Positions 26,941 to 39,427 of a DNA stretch of 64,000 nt are shown here, in pieces. The stretch lies in the NCBI RefSeq assembly GCF_006345805.1, contig NC_043001.1:120900001-120964000 (forward strand), given 5' to 3'. The notes below the pieces were generated by a model. It saw only the letters and a program-made list of their open reading frames with translations. It was not told the DNA's origin and made no database searches. Each line of letters starts with the position of its first letter. Positions within the stretch are counted from its first letter, which is position 1. Position numbers and translations under genes: made by a program. The stretch comes from Octopus sinensis (taxonomy: Eukaryota).

Positions 26941-27494
26941 TTACACAAACACGCATATCTGTGTGTATTTATGTATGTATATAAACATATATAAATATGT
27001 GAATATATGTATGTATATACACACACATATATATATATACACATATGGGCTTCAGTTTCCATTCATAAGGCTTTGGTCAGCCAAGAGTTATAGTAGAAGA
27101 CACTTGCCCAAGGTGCCGTGTAGTAGAACTCAATGCGAGACCACATGGTTGGGAAGCAATTTCTTAACTGTACAGCCATACAAACACCTACAGTTACACC
27201 TGTGCCTATATCCAAGCCTGCTCTAATAAATATATATATGTCATTTTCATGTTTTCCTTCTGAAACACAGAATAGAAGGGAATTTCGAATTAAGTAATTT
27301 CTAAGTTTTTCACATTCAGCAATAATTTGGTATTATGAAATATAAAACTGATAAAACTGAGATGATTTAAAATTCATAAACTATAATTAGGTGTGATGTA
27401 AGGCCTGTGATTGAAATTCTAACTTGTACAAACCTTTCTCATCATCATCATATGCAATGAAGATGATTCAAGGTTTATGATAATTACTATTTGT

Positions 27495-27495
27495 A

Positions 27496-27532
<37 letters not shown>

Positions 27533-27600
27533 TAATAATAATAATAATAATAATGATAATAATAATAATAATAATAATAATGATGATAATAATAATAATG

Positions 27601-27658
<58 letters not shown>

Positions 27659-27669
27659 TGATGATGATG

Positions 27670-27733
<64 letters not shown>

Positions 27734-27735
27734 TA
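27495..27735. repeat. (AAT)n with GAT interruptions, about 240 bp; expanded tail of the adjacent SINE C
   Basis: Direct inspection; source of the poly-N/I/L/Y ORFs. Confidence 0.95.
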
Positions 27736-29240
27736 ATTTTGGCACAAAGACAACAATTTCAGGGTTTAAGTCGATAATAATAATTCTTTCCAATTCTGAC
27801 ACAAGGACAACACTTTTGAGGGGTGGGCAAGGCAAAGTGCTTAACTGGTACAAATTTTATAGATCCTAAAAAGATGAAACACAAAGTCGACTTTGGTGTT
27901 ATTTGAAATCAGAATATGGAAAGAGAGCTGGCTCGAATGTCACTCAGCATTTCGTCCTGGACAATAATGATTCTGCCAGTTCACTCCTTAAATAATAATT
28001 ATTTCTAATTTTGGCTCACAAAGATAGTGATTTTGAGAAGAGGGGAAATCAATTACATCAACCCCAGTATTCAAATGGTCCCTATTTCATCAACCTCTAA
28101 TGGAGGAATAGCAAAGTCCAACTCAGCAGCATTGAAATCAGAGCTCGAAGAAATGCTGCAAGCACTTTGTTCAGAATGGTAACAATTCTGCCAACTCGCC
28201 ACCTTCAATAATAATCCTTTCTACTATAATAGGCAGAAGGCCTGAAATTTGGGGGTAAGGGGTTAATTGATTACAATGACTCTAGGGATAACCTGGGACT
28301 TATTTTATTGACCCCAGAAGGATGAAAGGCAAAGTCAACCTCTGGGGGAATTTGAACTCAAACCATAAAGAGATGGAAGAAATATCACAAAGTATTTCAT
28401 CTGAAGATCTAATGACTAATAACAAGTATCACATTTGTAGTTTCATTATTACTAAACCCCACCCCTCTTAAGACAGATGAAATAAATACCCCTTAAATGT
28501 AACGATTGACTGAATTGATAATGCCTTTCCTAAAAAGTATGCTATCATTTAAATTAATATTAGTAGTAGTAATAGTGGTAGATGTTGTATTCAGGTAGTG
28601 AGTAACCAGAATCATTAGAGATTCAGTAAAATACCTGCAAAATTCTTGCAGCTTTATATGTTCTGAGTTCAAATCCTGCTGAGACTAACTTTACTTTTAA
28701 TTCTTTTAATGTTGATAGAATATAGAACTCGTTAAATATTGGAACTGATGTAATCAACTAGCCACTCCCTCAGAAGTGCTGGCCTTGTATCTAAATCAGA
28801 ATCATTATTGAGTGACATGGATTAGCAGAATCATTAGAGCAGTATTTACATTGCAGTATTTATCCCAGCTCTTTACATTCTGCATCCAAATCTGGCCAAA
28901 CTCAACATCACCTTTCACCCTTCTGGGGCTGATAATGTAAAGAACCAGTTGTGTGCTGGAGTCAATGGAAGTGACAATTCCTATTCTTAAAAATTATGGA
29001 TTTATGCTTCAACTGAAATTATGGCAGCAATCTGGCAGAATTGTTAGCATGCAGGGCAAAATGCTTTGTGGCATTTCATCCGTCTTCATGTTCTGAGTTC
29101 AGGTTCTACTGAAGTCGACTTTTTCATCCTGTAAGGACCAATGAAATAAGCACCTGTTGAACTCCAGGATAGATGTAATTAACTTGTACTTTCCCCTGAA
29201 CTTACTGGCCTTGGGCCAAAATTTTAAACTATTACTAAGT
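27735..29240. mobile_element. Chain of about six SINE family C copies (three minus, then three plus)
   Basis: Repeated gttctgagttcaaat...gactttgcctttcatcc...aagtaccag...gctggccttgt...(ATT)n units. Confidence 0.8.
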
Positions 29241-29980
29241 TTCAGTTTGAGTTAGAATTTCAATTACAGATTTTAAAATACTTTTATTAGCCCACATCAC
29301 CATCACCAACCTAACTCATTTGCTTAAATCAAAATTTCCCATTCCAGACTAAACTTTAAATTATTTTTTTAAAAAGTCAGTTTTATTGCTTTTGAAATGA
29401 AAGCAAAAAAAACTGCTTTAGAAGAGATAGAAGTGAGATGTTTAAATATTGCAGACAATTAGCTGACAGGTTGGTATTGGCATTCATAGGTGACTTTTTT
29501 TTCAGGGTTTTTTTTTTTTTTCACAGGACAGAGACCTGAAAAATAAACAAAACAGTATTGTGAAGAATTTACACATATTTTAAAAGTAATTTTCAAAATA
29601 TTAAATTTCTTTTCACTAAATACAAATTCAAATTCTGCAAGGGATATAAGGGATGGTGGATGTTAATATAAATTGAATTAATTCCAATAAATTCCTTTTT
29701 CATATGAACCCACCTGAGATTGACCCTCATTCTATGATACTAAATTCCCATTTCAAAATTAATTGAAACGAAGGCAATGTGTGCAGATGAATGAAGAAAT
29801 TTACAGAAGGGGGAGCCAGAATTGAAGACGAACCATGCAAGCCTTCAGTTGTGACCACTGACACAAATTGCCAGCTAGAGGACAACATTAATTTGCACAG
29901 ACAGCTGAATCACTGGACTGTGGTCACAATGCATTATAGAAGATGGTGGAAGACTGAGTATCAGAAAGCCACACCCCACC

Positions 29981-30127
29981 CACTAGCATAGTGGGTGGCC
30001 CTTCAGTTTGCCATCCCTGGGCCCCCATATAAAATACATATTGCCTACAGCAGACCCAAAAGTGGTGCCCCCATAAAAGTGCCACCTGGGATGGACTGTC
30101 CCTCTGCCCCCTCTAACTACACTAGTG
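29981..30127. mobile_element. 147-bp hAT-type MITE, same family, opposite orientation
   Basis: TIRs cactagcatag / ctacactagtg; 8-bp TSD accccacc/accccaca. Confidence 0.8.
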
Positions 30128-30499
30128 ACCCCACACCACCAAACACTGAGAACTCATGCTATCCCACTGCCCCACTCTCAATTGGTTACCTTGCACTATG
30201 AGGGGATTATGCGAGACAATCCATTGTCCTCTACCTCCAAGAAATGAAGGTAGGTTGAGCAAGCAGCAAGCAACCTCTTTTCCTTTAGCACCCTACAATA
30301 ATCACACAAAGAAACCAAAGATGACAGACATTGACAGACCACTGTGCTGCATGACATGTAATATTTAACTAAACTGTCACATCATTACATGAATGAGAGA
30401 GAGACAGAGAATGAGTGAGTGTGAATATGTAGGTCTAAGTTTGGCAACCAGACATTTCTTGCATTTCACCTCAGGAATACAAGGCATAGATTACTCATC

Positions 30500-32147
30500 T
30501 ATGACAGTCAACAAGACCAACTCTAGCAATATTTATTAGCACAGCAGGGTAGTAGGGTGGTATACAAGCAACAGATTATGAAAGTGCATGCTACTTTTTT
30601 TTATTTCCATTTTTTTTTTCAGTTCAGATGACTTAAAGATTTTAATTTTCAAAAGGTAAGAATCAACTAAATAATTAAAACCAGCCTACAAGCAATTATC
30701 ACAGGGTAACAGTGCTAAGCAGTGTTGCGTATAAATACAAGATTATTACCAGTTCAAATATGCTAACCATTCAGTGTTTTGTCATGGAGAAAAATTCTCA
30801 TTATGGACAAATGATGTAAATACACCTAAAATCAGCCCACAGCACTACCTACCAAGACTTGAAGAAAGAACAGAAAAGCATTTCAAAGTGGTTAATCTCC
30901 TCTTCAATTACAGAAACTAGACAGAATGTATATATATATGAACTAATCTACAGGGAATTCCTAAATTATTATTCACTGGCAAAATTTTCATTTTAGATTA
31001 TTCTATATCACAACTCACTCATTTTTGAAAATCTTGTGCTACTTTTTATGAAACTGATCTAGCAACCCCATTAGCATTTATTCAGTCACCCATGATGCAG
31101 TGAAAAACAAGATCAATATTTGAACTTACCCTATAAAGGAATAAACAGGATGAAGACACTAATGAACTTAATCAGGTGCTCTTGTTGCCCCATAAACGCA
31201 TTCAAGATATTGATTTCTCAAGGGAGAAATTGTACAATTGATTGAACCTAACATATCAGTGTTATTTTATTGACCCTGGAGGGATGAAAGACAGTCGGTT
31301 ACCAGAGTTGGATGTGACTTCAGTAAAGCATGAAAATCCAGTGACCTAGCATTTTCACCCAACAACAATTCTAAAGTGTTGTGTCCACATGCAATATACA
31401 CATAATGTGCACCTGTAATTACAGACAATGATATCCAGGAAAAAGCATCTCAAATATAATATGCAGACTTTTTTTGTTTGTATGTGATGTAGGGAAAAAG
31501 CATTTAGTCAATTATCATAATTGCTGTATATAACACATGGCAAAATTTCAGGCATACAAAGCAAAACTCGAATTCAGAAGTGACCTCTGCAGTGACCTCT
31601 GCAGTGACATAGCATGGTTTCAGGCCACCCACTTCCTTAAACATAATATACCTTTAACATGTTTGCCTCATCTCTCAAAGGTAAGCAAACCCCTTGGGCA
31701 GTCTGCTCACCTTCAAACTTTATCAGTCTGAGCTTTAAGTGCACACTTCTGTAAAGTCAATATTGTGGATATCACACAATCAAGATTTTTCATGAAAAGT
31801 ATGCAATAAACACAGAACTAAGACACATTTGCACTACTCATATGTTTGTTACTAATATTGATATATCAATGCAGACTAGGTCTCTGGATTTACTTGAGCC
31901 ATATTTCTTGTAATAACATCAGTTCAAATCCCTTTCAGGCTTATCTTTAACTGCACATAAGCTTAATATGGTGAAATGAGATTTTTCTTTTATTTATAAG
32001 GTTTTACAAATGAGCGTCATCAAATCAAAACCTATCAACTATTTACGTTTATGCATGTGTGTGTGTGTGTGTAGTTAAAAACTGGTTGGTTACCTTCTCG
32101 ATGTGGAAAACAATTATGCCAACTTCAAAACCAAGTGAATGTATATT
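30500..32147 (-). other. Probable EIF4E3 3' UTR (extent uncertain)
   Basis: Transposon-poor AT-rich sequence downstream of the stop. Candidate AATAAA signals (plus-strand tttatt) at 31989-31994, 31077-31082 and 30532-30537. The real end cannot be determined from sequence alone. Confidence 0.45.
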
Positions 32148-32203
32148 TTAGGCAAATCCTAAAGTATCCTTAACTCCTTCAAATGCTTCATGTGTAGCAA
32201 AGG
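32148..32203 (-). CDS. EIF4E3: EIF4E3-like last coding exon (to TAA stop)
   Basis: Acceptor tatttgttttattatttcag|. Encodes (A)FATHEAFEGVKDTLGFA*, matching human HEEHHAFEG. Phase is compatible with the 156-nt exon. The six exons total 508 nt. Confidence 0.92.
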
Positions 32204-33424
32204 CTGAAATAATAAAACAAATACTGTAAGCTGTTTGAGAATTTCAATTTAAAATATTTTTCAGTCTAAAATTTCAGATTGATAAAATTTATAATTCACA
32301 TTTTACATCCATTTTTCCCTACACTACCATGGGTTAGACATGTACACATTATTGAAGGATTGTCTTTTTACAGCTGTATACCTTCCCTGCGGTTAAGCCT
32401 TACCTGTTTCCTCAAGTAAAAGATTCTCATTCCACTTACTTTCAAAAGCACAAAGCAAGCAGACAATTTGTGGAAAGGTAAATGCCAACAAAAAATATTG
32501 TTTGTAGTTTAACATATTTTTCCTGCACAGCACTGAAGGACAATGAAGGACAGTATTTCTATTGTGGTGACCCTTATTTACAACCATCAGACAATGTCAA
32601 GACAAGGAGACACACACGTGCATGTGTGTGTGTGTGTGATGGGCTACTTTCGGTTTTTGTCTACCAAATTCACTTACAAGGCTTTGGTCAGCCTGAAACT
32701 AAAGTAGAAGACACTTGCCCAAGGTACCATGGAATGAGGGACTAGACCAAAAACCATGTGACTGGGAAGCAAATTTCTTAACCACACAGCCATACCTCCA
32801 CATACATATGTATACGTGTGTGTGTGTGTGTGTTTGTGCATGTCTGTATTATTTAAATGTTCTATGACCACAGGCAACATAACAAACCCCCATCCCAGCC
32901 ATGCACAAAAGCAAACCAAAATCAAATGACCACAAACTCTCACGTACACATAACCTACATTTTTCCTTAAAAAAAGTCAAACAGAAAACTGTAAGGAAAT
33001 TTAAACAGCCACATACACACATCTTTTTAAGAACATGAAAACAAAATTTGATTGCCAACAAACAAACAAAAACATATTTTTATTGATAGAACAATCCCTC
33101 AAATATTACTCAGTCTTGAAAGCACCATTTATTAGAGACGTAGCTATTGACAATTACTTTTACGGCTAACCCTGTCATAAATTACAACATTTATCACCTT
33201 AAACACATACAAAGAAAAACATACACCCCATCACCAACTCGTGAACAAATCCTAAACAAACTAATAATATACCTTCCTGCTTACAATTACAAAAAATACA
33301 AACACCACATCACAAAAAATAAACCAAAAAACCAATGAAGACACCAGTAAAAAACACCCCATTAAGAAGCACAAAGTGCAAACCATTGAACAAGCACAAG
33401 ACTACACATCCATCAACAATTATA

Positions 33425-34420
33425 GGAAATACAAGAGGTATCAAGTTGTTGGATCAGGTAATGAAAGTCACAGAGAGGGTCATAGTCCAACTAATTAGGG
33501 AGAGAGTCAGTCTAGATGAAATGCAGTTTGGGTTTGTGCCAGGGAAAAGCACCACTGATGCTAGATTTCTGGTAAGACAGCTGCAGGAGAAATACCTAGC
33601 CAAAGATAAACCTCTGTACCTGGCTTTTGTTGACATGGAGAGAGCCTTTGACAGGGTCCTTCAATGCCTTATCTGGTGGTCAATGCAGAAACCAGGGATA
33701 GATGAGTGGTTAGTGAGAGCTGTAGAAGCCGTGTACAGGGATGCTGTCAATAAGGTGAGAGTTGGCAGCGAGTACAGTGAAGAATTCCAGGTAGAGGTAA
33801 GGGTCCACCAAGGATCAGTCCTCAGCCCTCTCATATTCATCATAGTCCTCCAGGCAATGACAGAGAAATTCAAGACAGGATGCCCCTTGGGACTTCTTTA
33901 TGCTGATAACCTTACACTAATAGCTGAGTCACTATCAGAACTAGAGAAGTTTCAGGTGTGGAAGCAAGGTCTAGAATCAAAGGATCTTAGAGTCCATCAA
34001 ACAAAAACCAAAGTCTTAATAAGTAGGAAGGCAGACAAACTACAAATCCCTTCAGGTAGATGGCCCTGCTCGATCTGCAGAAAAGGCCATAAAATGTACT
34101 TGGTGTAAGCTATGGACACATAAGAGGAGCAGCAATATCAAAGGAAGGCTAACTGGGTAGACTGTATGATGCATGTGTGCAAATAGCCTTGCTGCATGGC
34201 AGTGAAACATGGGCTGTGACTGCTGAGGACATGCATAAGCTAGCAAGGAATGAAGCTAGTATGCTCCACAGGATGTGTAATGTCAGTGTGCATACACAAC
34301 AGAGTGTAAGTGCCCGAAGAGAAAAGTTGGACATAAGAAGCATCAGATGTGGTGTGCAAGAGAGACAACTGCACTGGTATAGTCATGTGTTGCATATAGA
34401 TGAGGACAGCTGTGTGTAGG
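33425..34420 (+). mobile_element. RTE family A internal fragment, degraded
   Basis: Peptide (RGIKLLDQVMKVTERVI...HQGSVLSP...YADN) is homologous to 55512-56219, with frameshifts and an internal deletion. Confidence 0.92.
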
Positions 34421-36657
34421 AAAGACACATCATCATCATCATCATCTTTTGATGTCTGTTTTCCATGCTGGTATGGGTTGGATAGTTTGACCAGAGCTGG
34501 CAAACTGGAGAGCTGCACCAGGTTCCAGTCTGATTTGGCATGGTTTCTATGGCTGGATGCCCTTCCTAACACCAACTACTTTACAGAGTGCTCCACTGGG
34601 TGCTTTTAACATGGCACTGGCACAAGCACTTTTAATGTGGCACGAGTGTGCTAAAAAAAAGTGAAGGTAATTTTTTTGTTAGATGTGCCATTCAGAAACC
34701 CCTGTGTGCCACAGGTAACTCATGACTAACTGAGATAATCTTGGTCTCAGTAGGTATCATTACAAGTTACTGGTACAAACAGTAGCAGTAACTCTACAGT
34801 TCACAGCAATGAGGTCATTTCCTTACACATCATTAGACCAGTGGATAGATTTTACTTTAGCATTCATTTGCTGAATGCTATGGAAACCAGAGTTAAACAC
34901 CAGCTGTGTGGATGTTTGTAGTTCAGAAAAAGATTAGCCAAAGATTTAACAAAATATCAGCAGTAAAGTATTTTAAGAGATACTACCAAAAGTCATCAAC
35001 AGTGAAATTATTGATGTCAGCAGCTTAATGAGTTAGAACTAGCTGTCAAATTTAAACAGTAATAGCTTGAAGCAGTGTAAATAAGGTGACTTAATTTAGA
35101 TTAGATGTTAATGATAATCACAAAATGCACCATAAAGCAAAACAAAAATTTAAACATTTGGTATATGAAAGAAAGATTTTGTTTTGATGTAAAGCAACGT
35201 AGGAGTTGAAAACCTGAAGTTAAAGAGAGAGAATGACACCATGAGCAGCATTGCAATTAAAGAATCAAACGTTTGCTTTACTTACAAATTTTATATAATA
35301 TTATCATTTTATGTGCATTTTATGCTTGTTGATTACGATAGGTTTTCTAAGGCAGTAGTTTATAGCCAGATGACTTTCCCAGAGACAAGACAGATTTTAG
35401 GTATAGAAGCACAGGTATGACTTGTGTGGTTAAGAAGTTTGCTTCTCAACCAAATGCTTTCAGGTTCAGCTTTGTTGAGTGGAATCTTGGGAAATGTCTT
35501 AGAGAGAGGGGTTATCATCACCATCATTTTATGACAATTTTCTATGCTCACATGGGTTGGAATGGTCTGCTCCCACACAATGCCATTCTTCTTCATAATC
35601 TACTTCCTGAAATAGACCGAGCAGAGCAAGTGCGTGCATGCGTGCATTTTTGTGTGTGTGTGTGTGTGTGTTTGTGTGTGTGTGTGCGTGTGTGTGTGCA
35701 TGTGTGTGTACACCCATACATGCATACAGTGGATGCCATCTACTATAATCACAGATAATCAGTGTCACTAACTAAAGAGATGTGATAGTGGTAAATGACA
35801 GTTATGGTGCGGTGGTGGAATCATATGCTAGTAAATAGGGTGGATGAGATAATGATGTGTTAAGTTTGTCAGTGTGATTGACAGTATTGGTGACAGAAGC
35901 AATACTCTGTGTCTAACTTGAATTTTGTCAACAATTGTTAGAGCTGAAGTATTTTCTGACGCTGAGGAGAAGAGCCAGTCTTTTTGGATGCAGCTCTAGA
36001 TGTGCTAAGGATGTGCTTTTGTAAGGAGAGATTGTCAGTAATAGTGAGGGATAACTTTTGGAGCAACCACGTAAGTATACTGGTTGAGCACTGCCAATAT
36101 TTACAACGGGTGTTGTGCCATAGAGCTTTCTCAATACAAACAGTGCTCTAATGATTTTGCTGTTGAAAGAGCCAAGATATTACAGCCCCAAAGGAGGGTC
36201 ATTTCAAAGTCTCTATGTAGATTTAACATATGGTGGATGTAGATTTGCATAGAGATGATACATAATTGGGGAAGATTAGGGAGGAATAAAAGATTGTACA
36301 AATCTAAATGTGTTTCAGTTTTATTAGACCTCATCTATGAAGGACAGTGTAATCAGTACTGCCAAGCTAGATTTTTTTAAAAAATCATTTTCACCAAATA
36401 TCTCATTCAAATTTCAAAGCTAAAATAGAACTTAACCAGCTTCAAAGTGCAATGTGTTATTCAAATAATAAAAATACACAGCTTTCATCAACTTGAAGCA
36501 ATAAAACATGATAAAAGAGAGTTACATGATCTAGTGAGAAGTGTCCTACACATTTGCATAAGAAAGATACATTTATGTAGAACTACTCCTCCCCACTTGA
36601 TACTACAACAAAATGTATTTTTGTTAAAAATCAATGATTTTTATAGAGGACACTAAC

Positions 36658-36813
36658 CTTTATAGTAGACTGAGATGAAAGTAACTCCTGGAAACATGGA
36701 CTCAATCTTCTTGGTTAATGAACTTCTTTCAACAAGCTGAGCCTGAGTATTCCACACTTGAAGTATGTCATCCCGACCTCGTATGCTACAACTCACTCCT
36801 CCAATTTCATCCC
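36658..36813 (-). CDS. EIF4E3: EIF4E3-like coding exon, 156 nt
   Basis: Acceptor tattaccttttttacag| and donor AAG|gttagt. Encodes (G)DEIGGVSCSIRGRDDILQVWNTQAQLVERSSLTKKIESMFPGVTFISVYYK(A) (human [21 protein letters not shown]...FKAVFYKP). Confidence 0.96.
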
Positions 36814-37058
36814 CTGTAAAAAAGGTAATAGATGCTGTGAACTTTATGAGTGTGCATGCATATATATATATATATATATATAATATATATATATATGTAA
36901 TATATATATAATATATTATATATATGTAATATATATATAATATATTATATATATATGTAATATATATTATATATATGTAATATATATATAATATATTATA
37001 TATATGTAATATATATATATATTATATATATAATATATATATATATATATAATATATA

Positions 37059-37283
37059 GTCCTCGGCTTTTCTGCTGACGAGGCAACGCCAGTGGTAAAT
37101 AAATTAATTAAATTAATTTATTTACAAAAGATTGCCGAAACTATGCATAGTCCAGAAAAGAAAAGGTAAACGTTTTTATTTCTCTTTCCATTTCAGAATT
37201 ACAACTATTAGTGGTTTGGAGTTTGGCTGCTCTTTCTAGTGAGTCGGATGTCCTATTATGGCCGTCGCTTATATGTTTGATAA
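37059..37283 (+). mobile_element. Penelope-like solo pseudo-LTR / HHR-bearing retroelement fragment in (TA)n
   Basis: About 225 bp of unique sequence flanked by TA arrays and containing the GUC hammerhead. Minimal dimer-type HHRs are characteristic of PLE terminal repeats. No coding remnant, so the family assignment is inferred. Confidence 0.65.
37067..37160 (+). ncRNA. Type I hammerhead ribozyme, canonical core, GUC cleavage site
   Basis: Stem I CTTTTCTG(37067-74)/CAGAAAAG(37153-60); core CTGACGA(37075-81); stem II GGCAA/TTGCC enclosing a 15-bp AT hairpin; GAAA(37137-40); loopless palindromic stem III CTATG/CATAG; GTC with predicted cut after C37152. Confidence 0.93.
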
Positions 37284-37310
37284 TATATATAATATATATA
37301 TATATATATA

Positions 37311-37707
37311 TCTTTATATATAAAAGTGAGGTTGTGTGCTGTCTATCTCCTACGATTTAGATTCCTAACTACTCCCACATTTTGCAGTGCAGTTTAACCA
37401 AAAACGGGTATCTTATAGTCGTGATTCATATCGAGCCCTTCTGGGTATTAGCGCACGTCTACGATGAGTCTACAATTTAAAAAAAAATTACCATCAATTT
37501 CTCCCATTTTAATGCATTTTTGGCATATATAAGGGAAGTAACTCTCTAAAAATTTATTATTAAATCTCAGAACGTAAAAAGCTACAGTAACACCCCCCCC
37601 CCTTTGTGGTTAGCCATATTGAGATGGCTATTATACTTTACATCTCTAAAACTGCTTATATAGTTATTTCCCTTACAAACCCGAGCAACGTCGGGCGATA
37701 CTGCTAG
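37311..37707 (+). mobile_element. Non-autonomous Helitron
   Basis: Starts a|TC(tttatatataaaag). Ends with a subterminal hairpin CCCGA-gcaacg-TCGGG (37680-95) followed by CTAG|t (37704-07). A/T target site, no TSD. Confidence 0.85.
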
Positions 37708-37787
37708 TATTATATATAATATATATATATTATATATATAATATATATATATATTATATATATATATATATATATACAATATATATA

Positions 37788-38362
37788 TTCGAGACCTTTG
37801 GAAATATGCTGTACGTGAGAAGACCAGGCAGGACAAGTGAGCCCAGCCCACTTATGCATGCCTTTCCTCCCTTGGACACAAAGATCTGTTGAGGCAAGCG
37901 AAGTCGATATCGAACCTCATCCGACGACAGGCACCCATGCCAACCCCCTTTGCTTGCGAAGACATGTTGGGGCAAGTGAAATCGAAATCGGAATTGAAAT
38001 TGAACCAATCCTATGACTGGCACCCGGCAGATGCCAGGACTGGTGGTACGTAAAAAGCACTATCCGAATCGTGGCTAATGCCAGCACCGCCTCGACTGGC
38101 TTCCATGCCGGTGGCACGTAAAATGCACCAATCCGACCGTGGCCGTTGCCAGCCTTGCCTGGCACCTGTGCGGGTGGCACGTAAAAAGCACCCACTACAC
38201 TCACGGAGTGGTTGGCTTTAGGAAGGGCATCCAGCTATAGAAACATTGCCAGATAAGACTGGAGCCTGGTGCAGCCTTCTGGCTTCCCAGATCCCCGGTC
38301 AAACCGTCCAACCCATGCTAGCATGGAGAACGGACGTTAAACGATGATGGTGATGATGATGA
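37788..38362 (+). mobile_element. RTE family A 3' end (stop codon to GAT tail)
   Basis: Homologous to the reverse complement of 54000-54640; inserted in a TA array. Confidence 0.88.
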
Positions 38363-38440
38363 TATATATATTATATATAATATATATATATTATATTATA
38401 TAATATATATATATATATTATATAATATATATTATATATG

Positions 38441-39022
38441 AGGCAAGTGGAAATCAGAAATCAGAACCAAAATCGAAGTCGATCAACATCAATGGAAATT
38501 GCAGCTGTGATACCAGTGCCGGTGGCACGTAAGTGAACAATCTGATCGTGGCCGTTGCCAGCGCCGCCCTGACTGGCCTCCGTACCGGTGACACGTAAAA
38601 AGCACCATCTGATCGTGGCCGTTGCCAGCCTCGCCTGGCCCCCATCCCGGTTGCACATAAAAAGCACCACCCACCCGTGGCCGTTGCCAGCGCCGCCCCA
38701 ACTGCCCTCCGTGCTGGTGGCATGTAAAAAGCACCATCCGATCGTGGCTGTTGCCAGCCTTGTCTGGCCCCCATGCCGGTGGCACGTAAAAAGCACCATC
38801 CATCCGTGGCCGTTTGCCAGCCCCGTCTGGCACCTGTGCCTGTGGCACATAAAAAGCACCCACTACACTCACGGAGTGGCTGGCGTTAGGAAGGGCATCC
38901 AGCCATAGAAACATTGCCAGATCAGACTGGGCCTGGTGCAACCTTCTGGCTCCCCAGACCCCAGTTGAACCGTCCAACCCATGCTAGCATGGAAAGCGGA
39001 CGCTAAACGATGATGATGATGA
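38441..39022 (+). mobile_element. RTE family A 3' UTR copy
   Basis: gaggcaagtg...accagtgccggtggcacg subrepeats, conserved UTR end and (GAT)n tail. Confidence 0.88.
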
Positions 39023-39291
39023 ATATATATAATATATATATATTATATATATATATAATACTAAGCAATATAGGATGAAGTCCCTTACTCTACAGCAAAG
39101 GAATTCATCAGGAAGCGTGGGCAGTATATTTAAAAAAACCGTTACGGTTGCAATATACATCATATAATTAAGGGCTAAAGAGGGTTATTCTAAAGCCAAA
39201 TACACTGTTTTATCCACTTATAATCCGCTTGTTACAGGAAAATTGAAACTGAAAACGGGCAACTAACCTTTAGAAAATTTAATTTCGTTAT

Positions 39292-39354
39292 CTCTATATT
39301 GAATCAATTTCGGACTTAATCTTATAAAAAAGATATATTCCTTCTTCAGTAGAA
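39292..39354 (-). ncRNA. Mirror copy of the AUA hammerhead (left arm, sense to the EIF4E3 pre-mRNA)
   Basis: Reverse complement of 39364-39427 apart from a one-base homopolymer difference in loop II. Confidence 0.8.
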
Positions 39355-39363
39355 CTTCGAAAG

Positions 39364-39427
39364 TTCTACTGAAGAAGGAATATATCTTTTTTTATAAGAT
39401 TAAGTCCGAAATTGATTCAATATAGAG
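39364..39427 (+). ncRNA. Type I hammerhead ribozyme, AUA cleavage site (right arm of palindrome)
   Basis: Stem I TTCTA/TAGAG; core CTGAAGA(39369-75) plus one extra A; stem II GGA/TCC with inner ATCTT/AAGAT; GAAA(39408-11); stem III TTGA-T-TCAA; ATA triplet ending at A39422. Confidence 0.8.

Noticed and set aside
27419-27869. Poly-N, poly-I, poly-L and poly-Y ORFs
   Set aside because: Translations of the (AAT)n tract.
39095-39125. Second CTGATGA on the minus strand of the 39-kb element's tail
   Set aside because: A hairpin follows but there is no GAAA or stem III, so it is not a hammerhead.
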